Source: an uncultured Candidatus Saccharimonas sp. (GTDB taxonomy: Bacteria > Patescibacteriota > Saccharimonadia > Saccharimonadales > OMJO01). Taken from it: a DNA stretch of 56,846 nt. The translations under genes were made by a program, and so were the position numbers. The DNA lies in the NCBI GenBank assembly GCA_943353165.1, contig CALRAM010000004.1, positions 1 to 56,846 on the forward strand. Direction: 5' to 3'. Position 1 is the first letter of the stretch. Each line of letters opens with the position of its first letter. Positions 27,123 to 33,143 of this stretch are shown here, one piece after another. The notes beneath the pieces are model-generated. The model did no database searches. It saw only the letters and a program-made list of their open reading frames with translations, and was not told where the DNA came from.

Positions 27123-27986
27123 GTGAATGACAGAGCTATGCCTGAAACAGAGCAAATGAATCCAGAAGTTATCGAAAAGCCTCTTGAGTCCATGAGTTTA
27201 CAGCTGTCGTTGCGGGGCGCTATAGAGCGCAGGTACGACAAATACGGCTGGAAAATTCCTGCCCCAGAAGAAGAAGCCCTGGAGCTGATAGCGCACAGGA
27301 CTATAGTTTCTGGTGTGTATTCTTCAAAGATTCATTCACCAGTTTTTTTAAGCAGCAACCCCAATAGTAAAGATTCTCCTGCCAACCCCAGCCAGTACGA
27401 AAACATTATTTTTCCTCCTTCTGAATATGCTCTGTTGCCCAGATCGCCTATCGCCCTAGTAAAAGATGCACGCAGCAAGAGCCAGCGTTCGCGACAAAAC
27501 AGCGACAAAAAAGATTTGGACAACATAGCTGGCATAAAGTCTGGTATTCATGTGCTAGAAAATTATATGCCAAAGCTGGACAGACTAGAGAATCATATTA
27601 TATTGCCAGAGATTAATGCCCTGAGATCACTCCAAAAAGTTTTGAAAGGAAATCCAAACCTGCGTCGGTACAAGAGAACCAATTTTGCATTGATTATGAC
27701 TGCCGCTCAGCTATCTTTTGAAAAAACACTGCGAGTTGCTGGCACTACTCATGGCTGGACAGAAGACCAGATGTTTTTAGCAAAAGACGCATTGGACTAT
27801 CAACTGCACGGTGGAGTACCTGGGATAGAACAGGGCAGTCATGATTTTGGGCAACGCCTAAACGCATGGACAGGCTATACTCGATTGGTTGGCAACTACG
27901 CAGTCAGACGGTTGCAGGCCACGCGACTAGCCCGCGAAAATTTGACATCTGAATTAGAAGCCCAAAAAAGTAACGGAGCTAGTTAA
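27123..27986 (+). CDS. hypothetical protein with no recognisable domain
   Basis: 287-aa ORF. GTG start preceded by an AAGGAG RBS. Confidence 0.62.
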   Translation: MNDRAMPETEQMNPEVIEKPLESMSLQLSLRGAIERRYDKYGWKIPAPEEEALELIAHRTIVSGVYSSKIHSPVFLSSNPNSKDSPANPSQYENIIFPPSEYALLPRSPIALVKDARSKSQRSRQNSDKKDLDNIAGIKSGIHVLENYMPKLDRLENHIILPEINALRSLQKVLKGNPNLRRYKRTNFALIMTAAQLSFEKTLRVAGTTHGWTEDQMFLAKDALDYQLHGGVPGIEQGSHDFGQRLNAWTGYTRLVGNYAVRRLQATRLARENLTSELEAQKSNGAS

Positions 27987-27996
27987 ACTGCCCAAA

Positions 27997-28941
27997 ATGA
28001 TTGACCTACCTAAACCTTTTTTTGTTTTGGCTCCTCTGGACGATGTGACAGACACTGTTTTTAGGCAGATGGTTGGCAGTTGCGCTGCCCCAGATTTGTA
28101 TTTTACAGAGTTTGTAAATGTCGACGGACTACAGAGTCCAGGCAGGGAAAAACTACTAAAAAAGCTACGCTTTGGTCCACAGGAAAGGCCGTTAATTGCG
28201 CAATTATGGGGCAAAATACCAGAGAACTTTTATAAAACTGCGCAGGAAATAGTGGCAATGGGTTTTGATGGTATAGATCTAAATTTTGGCTGTCCAGAGA
28301 AGTCAGTAGTCAAAAACGGCTGTTGCATAGGGATGATAAATAACAGAGAGCTAACAGGGGAGATTATCAAAGCCGTTAGGGAAGGGGGCGCGCCTTTGCC
28401 TATATCTGTAAAAACCCGACTAGGACTAAAAGAGATAGACTATACATGGCACGAGTTCCTATTAAAGCAATCACTTAACATGTTAACTATACATGGCAGA
28501 ACAGCCAAAGAAATGAGTAAAGTTCCTGTCCATTGGGATTCTATAGAACATATCCGTCAACTTCGCGATAAGCTGTCCCCTACTACTTTGATTGTTGGTA
28601 ACGGAGATGTTTTGACTCGTCAGCAAGGCGTTGAATTGGCTAAAAAATACGAATTGGACGGCATCATGATTGGTCGTGGAGTGTTTCATGACCCATATGT
28701 GTTTGCCAGTTCTGGGACTGGCGAGAGCCCTTGGATCACAAAATCAAAGTCGGAAAAGATAGCACTATACAGGAAACATGTACAACTATTTGCCAAAACA
28801 TGGCAGTTCGGAGAGCGGCCTCTACCCACCCTAAACAAATTCTGCAAGATTTATATAAATGGTTTTGACGGCGCCAAGGAAATGCGCGAAGAGCTAATGT
28901 CCGCAAAATCTACAAAAGAACTCCTTACATTACTAAGGTAA
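27997..28941 (+). CDS. tRNA-dihydrouridine synthase
   Basis: FVLAPLDDVTDTVFR, DGIDLNFGCP and KTRLG TIM-barrel Dus motifs. 314 aa. Confidence 0.9.
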   Translation: MIDLPKPFFVLAPLDDVTDTVFRQMVGSCAAPDLYFTEFVNVDGLQSPGREKLLKKLRFGPQERPLIAQLWGKIPENFYKTAQEIVAMGFDGIDLNFGCPEKSVVKNGCCIGMINNRELTGEIIKAVREGGAPLPISVKTRLGLKEIDYTWHEFLLKQSLNMLTIHGRTAKEMSKVPVHWDSIEHIRQLRDKLSPTTLIVGNGDVLTRQQGVELAKKYELDGIMIGRGVFHDPYVFASSGTGESPWITKSKSEKIALYRKHVQLFAKTWQFGERPLPTLNKFCKIYINGFDGAKEMREELMSAKSTKELLTLLR

Positions 28942-28943
28942 TC

Positions 28944-28952
28944 TGGTATAAT
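28944..28952 (+). promoter_or_regulatory. extended -10 promoter element (TGgTATAAT) for the downstream tRNA
   Basis: tctGGTATAATc lies 31 nt upstream of the tRNA 5' end. The same TGGTATA(A/T)T box recurs at 31202 and 54971. Confidence 0.55.
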
Positions 28953-28983
28953 CTTCTCTGTTAACTGTTTCCTGGTTAATTAT

Positions 28984-29059
28984 GGGGGTGTAGCTCAGTG
29001 GTTAGAGCAGTCGGCTCATAACCGATTGGTCGAAAGTTCAATTCTTTCCACCCCCACCA
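28984..29059 (+). tRNA. tRNA with CAT anticodon, most like tRNA-Ile2 (lysidine-modified); elongator Met is not excluded
   Basis: The cloverleaf folds by hand: acceptor GGGGGTG/CACCCCC, D arm GCTCAGTGGTTAGAGC, anticodon arm GTCGG-CTCATAA-CCGAT, T arm GAAAG-TTCAATT-CTTTC, encoded CCA. The anticodon arm CGGCTCATAACCG resembles known Ile2 tRNAs. A hairpin-plus-T-tract terminator follows (29062..29090). Confidence 0.9.
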
Positions 29060-29144
29060 AAAAAATCTCATCTTTGATGGGATTTTTATTTTGGCGCTAA
29101 GTCCTTCTGATGTTGTCTTTGACTGTTATAATATTAGCTGTCAT

Positions 29145-29603
29145 ATGCTAGAAAAAATAAAATCAATAACAAGCCATTCATTTCTACACAACTTCAAGGA
29201 CATTCATTTTATTGGATTATGTATAATTGGCGTCATAGTTCTGTCGGTAAGCTGGAGCGGTGCAGGAATCATCGATACAAACTATAAACTCCAGCGTCAG
29301 ATATCTGAATTGCAACAAAAAAATGAAGTAATCGAATTGCAAAACCAGAATCTGAGTCTGGGCAATCAATACTACAAGACAGACCAATATCTGGAGCTCC
29401 AGGCCAGACGCCAGTTTGGCAAGGGTGCTGCGGGAGAAACTTTGGTGCTAGTGCCCAAAAGTGTAGCATTGTCGCGTACAGTTGATTTGTCTAAAAGCTC
29501 CAGTCAAAAGCCGGATCAAGGCGTAGAAAAACCATTTTATCAAAGGAATTTCGAGGCTTGGATGGACTTTTTCTTTAGGCTCCAGAGGTCTGCTAATAGT
29601 TGA
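29145..29603 (+). CDS. septum formation initiator (FtsB/DivIC/FtsL-like)
   Basis: TM helix plus leucine-zipper-like QRQISELQQKNEVIELQNQNLSL, followed by DQYLELQARRQFGKGAAGETLVLVP. The track ORF starts at 29091, inside the tRNA terminator. Confidence 0.75.
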   Translation: MLEKIKSITSHSFLHNFKDIHFIGLCIIGVIVLSVSWSGAGIIDTNYKLQRQISELQQKNEVIELQNQNLSLGNQYYKTDQYLELQARRQFGKGAAGETLVLVPKSVALSRTVDLSKSSSQKPDQGVEKPFYQRNFEAWMDFFFRLQRSANS

Positions 29604-29663
29604 ATGTTTGCATAGTTTTGGCGCTATTAGTGGATACCTTAAAAAGGAGCGTTTTAATCAATA

Positions 29664-30263
29664 CTAAAGAGTTGCAGCTTGGGCTATTTGTATGAGTACT
29701 CGCTGTGCTGATGCGTCATTGTATGTCAACGCATTAGTTGGCTGACTAATACCGAATGTATATATTTTTAGGCCCTGCCTAACAGACAATACAAAATCTC
29801 TGCTATTTGATATAGCTGCGTCTTTGGCTGTGTAACTAGCGCTATCGCCCAGCCCATCTACAGATCCGCCATCATTGACAACGTATTTTTGTGAAGCATC
29901 TAGATTGGCCTGATTGGCGTATGTTCCTAGGTCTATGGTGAAACTATTGGTAACCGTTGCCCCTGCTACAAATGGGTATACACATGTCTGAGCCTTGTCT
30001 CCCTTGCCAATATCTACTATTCCCGTGTCACTTGGACCTTGCAGGTTATTTGCCGGTTCTCCTAGTAATGATTTGACGGTTGTTTTGGAAACTCCAAAGC
30101 ATGCACCGGATTCTTTAGCAATTATAGTAGCGGGCTTATCATTATTTTTGCTTGTAGTGCTTTTGCGACCCATAACTGTCCAGCCGACTATACCCAGAAC
30201 ACCTATGACTACTACTGCTATTATGATTTCAATTGTTGTAAATCCTGACTGCTGTTTTTTCAT
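29664..30263 (-). CDS. type IV pilin-like protein (prepilin N-terminal cleavage/methylation domain)
   Basis: MKKQQSG|FTTIEIIIAVVVIGVLGIVG class III signal. 199 aa. Confidence 0.85.
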   Translation of the reverse strand: MKKQQSGFTTIEIIIAVVVIGVLGIVGWTVMGRKSTTSKNNDKPATIIAKESGACFGVSKTTVKSLLGEPANNLQGPSDTGIVDIGKGDKAQTCVYPFVAGATVTNSFTIDLGTYANQANLDASQKYVVNDGGSVDGLGDSASYTAKDAAISNSRDFVLSVRQGLKIYTFGISQPTNALTYNDASAQRVLIQIAQAATL

Positions 30264-30365
30264 ATTGCGATACCTTTTTAGTTATGCTTTAAAGTATAGG
30301 ATTATTATCTAGCAATTACTAGTATCAAAAACAATACACATGACGGCGTGGCGGGTGTCTGATTT

Positions 30366-30559
30366 TGGTAGCGGCCGTTCGACTATGAGGCCCGAGTCTC
30401 ATCGCTCAGGCACGAATAGGGGCAGGACTCGGTCACCTCTGGCGACCCCAGAAAAACATCTTTGCAAACCAGTTTGCAAGAGTTTGTTCCCGTCCATCCC
30501 GCCCCCGGCGGGATTCCCCTGCGACCTTTTAGCGTCGCTGATTCGAGAACTAACCATGA
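30366..30559 (-). other. GC-rich structured non-coding segment carrying the 3'-half blocks of tRNA-fMet (AAGGTCGCAGG / GAGTCCTGCCCC / CGCTACCA) separated by 87-nt and 45-nt hairpin-rich insertions
   Basis: Direct comparison with the intact tRNA at 30597..30671. Blocks are at 30518-28, 30419-30 and 30366-73 (plus coordinates). The inserts fold into hairpins, e.g. ATCCCGC-CGGGG-GCGGGAT and GGTCGCC-AGA-GGTGACC. The ORFs here are spurious. Confidence 0.6.
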
Positions 30560-30592
30560 CCAAAACAAAAGCCCATCCTAAGATGGGCACTT
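30560..30592 (-). terminator. intrinsic terminator after tRNA-fMet
   Basis: Minus strand: GCCCATC-TTAG-GATGGGC followed by TTTTGTTTT. Confidence 0.8.
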
Positions 30593-30596
30593 GTTT

Positions 30597-30671
30597 TGGT
30601 AGCGGGGGCAGGACTCGAACCTGCGACCTTGTGGTTATGAGCCACACGAGCTGCCACTGCTCTACCCCGCG
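30597..30671 (-). tRNA. initiator tRNA-fMet (CAT)
   Basis: Minus strand: CGCGGGGTAGAGCAGTGGCAGCTCGTGTGGCTCATAACCACAAGGTCGCAGGTTCGAGTCCTGCCCCCGCTACCA. It has an unpaired 1:72 position (C:U) and high similarity to bacterial initiator tRNAs. CCA is encoded. Confidence 0.9.
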
Positions 30672-30694
30672 ATATTGTTGGACTATAGTTGAAA

Positions 30695-30801
30695 GGTTCG
30701 GCGGGAAAGTAGGGTCGTTGGCTCATAATGAGCGATTGACTCACGATGAGCTGCCACTGCCCCGCCTGTCTTTCCGACAGGACGGACAGGTCTACCCCGC
30801 G
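30695..30801 (-). other. tRNA-fMet-like 5' mosaic: CGCGGGGTAGA + 30-nt hairpin insert + GCAGTGGCAGCTC + divergent tail containing GCTCATTATGAGC
   Basis: The 11-nt and 13-nt blocks (plus the 5-nt upstream flank AATAT) are identical to the intact tRNA 130 nt downstream. The insert is CCTGTCCGTCCTGTCGGAAAGACAGGCGGG (30761..30790). It lies directly behind a TTGACT-N17-TAAAAT promoter. Confidence 0.6.
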
Positions 30802-30836
30802 ATATTAGTATTTTGTTAGTTGCAAAACCTTGTACA

Positions 30837-30865
30837 ATTTTAGCAAACAGGGGTAAATAAGTCAA
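30837..30865 (-). promoter_or_regulatory. sigma70-type promoter of the tRNA-fMet locus (TTGACT-N17-TAAAAT)
   Basis: Minus strand: TTGACTtatttacccctgtttgcTAAAAT. The spacer shares TTTACCCCTGT with the tRNA-Lys promoter. Confidence 0.65.
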
Positions 30866-30891
30866 ATAGACAAATCAGGCTAACAATCTAA

Positions 30892-30939
30892 TTGACATAT
30901 AAGCAAAAGCGTGTATAATAGCTAGTGTTGTCATGACAA
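30892..30939 (+). promoter_or_regulatory. consensus promoter TTGACA-N16-TATAAT followed by a perfect 12-bp palindrome TTGTCATGACAA (putative operator)
   Basis: TTGACA at 30892-97, TATAAT at 30914-19, palindrome at 30928-39 around the predicted transcription start. Confidence 0.65.
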
Positions 30940-30968
30940 AATAAAAAACTAAAAAAAGGGCATTAAAA

Positions 30969-31049
30969 ATGAGCGAATTATCATACGAATTAGCGCAGAC
31001 TACTAATCAGGAAATCCTGGCAGTAGACTCGATAATCAGCAAAATTTAA
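30969..31049 (+). CDS. 26-aa small ORF (MSELSYELAQTTNQEILAVDSIISKI); could alternatively be a non-coding sRNA
   Basis: Found by eye, as it is below the ORF-track cutoff. It is bracketed by the consensus promoter and a terminator. The RBS is weak (AAGGG). Confidence 0.4.
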   Translation: MSELSYELAQTTNQEILAVDSIISKI

Positions 31050-31066
31050 TAAATTTCTGCATACAA

Positions 31067-31100
31067 AAAAAGAGCCTCCAAAGCTGGAAGCTCTTTTTTA
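31067..31100 (+). terminator. intrinsic terminator
   Basis: AGAGCCTCCA-aagc-TGGAAGCTCT followed by TTTTTT. Confidence 0.75.
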
Positions 31101-31235
31101 AATTTTTTGGAGTTTTTCTTTGCTACTAAATATAGACCTTATTTTTTAAAACAACAAGCTTATGTTTGTAGTCAAAAAAACTAGCCAGATGTAGTATTTT
31201 GTGGTATATTCACCTCTGTTTACAAGTATAGATAT

Positions 31236-31312
31236 GGCGGCGTAGCTCAGATGGTTAGAGCGCAGGACTCATAAGCCTGAGGTCACTGGTTCAATTCCAG
31301 TCGCCGCTACCA
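31236..31312 (+). tRNA. elongator tRNA-Met (CAT)
   Basis: GGCGGCGTAGCTCAGATGGTTAGAGCGCAGGACTCATAAGCCTGAGGTCACTGGTTCAATTCCAGTCGCCGCTACCA. The cloverleaf folds. It resembles Gram-positive elongator Met tRNAs. An extended -10 TGGTATATT lies at 31202. Confidence 0.88.
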
Positions 31313-31318
31313 AAAAAC

Positions 31319-31350
31319 ACCCGACTTTTTTAGTTGGGTTTTTTTATTTT
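31319..31350 (+). terminator. intrinsic terminator after tRNA-Met
   Basis: ACCCGAC-tttttta-GTTGGGT followed by TTTTTTTATTTTT. Confidence 0.75.
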
Positions 31351-31458
31351 TAAAACCGTAGAAGTCAGCTATACGTAAAGTGCCAAAAAGCTTAAAAAGT
31401 TTTGCCTGTGGGCTCCATAGTGTATGATAGGGCAATATCAAAGAAGGAGAACCAAAAA

Positions 31459-31695
31459 ATGTCAGGTGAAAAGCAAAGACAAAAGCAAGTAGAAAAAAAT
31501 TCAAACGAGCGAACGCGCGAAGTTAGCGCCCAGAATGTTGGCGAACAGGCTGTGGCAGGCGCCAGCCCCGAAGCTCAGAAATCTGCCGAAGAACTCAAAA
31601 ACGATATTGACTCTTTGTTGGACGAAATAGATTTAGTATTAGAAGAAAACGCCGAGGAGTTTGTGCGCAGCTACCTACAACAAGGTGGCGAATAG
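31459..31695 (+). CDS. pup: prokaryotic ubiquitin-like protein Pup (C-terminal GGE)
   Basis: 78 aa, AAGGAGA RBS 8 nt upstream. The C-terminal half DIDSLLDEIDLVLEENAEEFVRSYLQQGGE matches the Pup hallmark (M. tuberculosis ...DDLLDEIDDVLEENAEDFVRAYVQKGGQ). The N-terminal half is disordered and charged. The track ORF (31402) has a spurious 19-aa extension. Confidence 0.85.
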   Translation: MSGEKQRQKQVEKNSNERTREVSAQNVGEQAVAGASPEAQKSAEELKNDIDSLLDEIDLVLEENAEEFVRSYLQQGGE

Positions 31696-31696
31696 T

Positions 31697-32209
31697 TTAT
31701 AGCCAGCGAATAATTTGGGCGTTTGGTATTTGTTCAGTGTTGTTGAATTGATACTCTGGCTGGAGCAGGCTACGCATTGCTCTACCAAAAGATCCGTGGC
31801 TGACGACCAAAACATTTTGGGCCGGCATAGTGTTCAGCCAGTCTAGGGTCTTTCTGGCTCTATCGATAATATCGGATACCGTTTCTACGCCTTCTACATT
31901 GTCTATGTCCATGTATGGGTCGTATTTTTGGCCTTCTGCTTCACCAAAATGTCTCTCTATTAGAGTGTCGTTGGTTTGGATTTTGGCCAGAGGATAGTTA
32001 ATCTGTTCGGCAATAATCTGGGCTGTTTCTATGGCTCTGCCTTGGGGCGACGAGACTATGAGGTCAATTTTTAGAGTTTCAACTTTTTGGCTGGCTTTTT
32101 TGGCTTGGAGCCTGCCCTCTGCGGTCAGCGGTGTTTCGGTTGTTCCAGCGCGCAAACCCAACATATTCATTTCTGACAGGCCGTGCCTAATAAAGTAAAG
32201 TTTTTTCAT
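31697..32209 (-). CDS. histidine phosphatase family protein (phosphoglycerate-mutase-like)
   Basis: LYFIRHGLSEMN (RHG motif) and VVSHGSFGR (second His). 170 aa. Convergent with pup, with a 1-nt gap. Confidence 0.82.
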   Translation of the reverse strand: MKKLYFIRHGLSEMNMLGLRAGTTETPLTAEGRLQAKKASQKVETLKIDLIVSSPQGRAIETAQIIAEQINYPLAKIQTNDTLIERHFGEAEGQKYDPYMDIDNVEGVETVSDIIDRARKTLDWLNTMPAQNVLVVSHGSFGRAMRSLLQPEYQFNNTEQIPNAQIIRWL

Positions 32210-32227
32210 TACTGGTAAGATTATAAG

Positions 32228-33115
32228 GTGAAAATAGATTTACAACCAGGAACATACATAATAGCCGTTTCGGGTGGCGTGGATTCTATGGTTTTGCTAG
32301 ACATTTTGCGTCAAAAAAAAGGCGTCAATCTAATAGTTGCGCATTTTGATCACGGAATACGCCCAGAATCCATAATCGACCGTCAGCTAGTTGCGCAGGT
32401 GGCCGGCCAACACGGGCTGTCTTTTATCTATGACAATGGATACTTAGGAGCTGGAGCTAGCGAAGACAAAGCCCGAATAGCGCGTTACAAATTTCTGGAA
32501 TCTGTCAAAGCTGCCAGCGGGGCCAGAGCCATCGTAACCGCCCATCACGCAGACGATGCTATGGAAACTGCCATATTGCAAATCCTGCGCGGTACGGGAC
32601 GACGGGGGTTGTCGTCGCTAGCATCCAACAACGATATAGTCAGACCGCTACTACTGGTGTCAAAAGCCGACATTTACGCATATGCCAACGCTAACGGCAT
32701 AGTTTGGAACGAAGACAGCACCAATAAAGATATTTTGTATGCCAGAAACAAAGTTCGTCACGATATTGTTCCTAAATTTTCTGCCAAAAACAAAGAAAAA
32801 ATACACAAAATCATAGCCAGCGCTCACCAGACAAACAAAGAAATCGATGAGTTGTTGGATTTGGCATTGCATATGCAGGATTCGCAAACTACTCTGGACA
32901 GAAAATGGTTCATATCGTTGCCTCATAATGTTTCTACCGAGCTGGTAGCCCATTGGTTGCGTCGCCAAAAAATTCGTGGCTTCAATCGCCGACAGCTAGA
33001 AAAGCTGGTTGTATCTATGAAAACATTACCAAAAGACCACAAAATAGTTGTAAACAAAACTCACGCCGTAGAGATAAAGTCCAAGATATTAGCACTCATT
33101 AGGCTAGAGCGCTAG
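32228..33115 (+). CDS. tilS: tRNA(Ile)-lysidine synthetase
   Basis: IIAVSGGVDSMVLLDIL PP-loop and HFDHGIR. GTG start. 295 aa. Confidence 0.88.
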   Translation: MKIDLQPGTYIIAVSGGVDSMVLLDILRQKKGVNLIVAHFDHGIRPESIIDRQLVAQVAGQHGLSFIYDNGYLGAGASEDKARIARYKFLESVKAASGARAIVTAHHADDAMETAILQILRGTGRRGLSSLASNNDIVRPLLLVSKADIYAYANANGIVWNEDSTNKDILYARNKVRHDIVPKFSAKNKEKIHKIIASAHQTNKEIDELLDLALHMQDSQTTLDRKWFISLPHNVSTELVAHWLRRQKIRGFNRRQLEKLVVSMKTLPKDHKIVVNKTHAVEIKSKILALIRLER

Positions 33116-33143
33116 CAATCTTAAAAAGTACTCTGTATAATAG

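Noticed and set aside
30340-30830. Possibility that the structured region is tmRNA, RNase P RNA or SRP RNA
   Set aside because: No tmRNA tag frame with a stop was found (the GCC AAC GAC... frame stays open into the tRNA). There is no GGAAAGUCCGGGC/ACAGAAA RNase P core, and no GGUCCGGAAGGAAGCAGC SRP helix-8 motif. The only recognisable similarity is to the adjacent tRNA-fMet.
30340-30865. ORF-track entries of 60-159 aa on both strands (for example 30340..30819 plus, 159 aa)
   Set aside because: They lie entirely in the GC-rich tRNA and tRNA-like region. They run across an intact tRNA-fMet and its terminator, have no RBS, and have Arg/Pro/Gly-rich composition typical of translated structured RNA.
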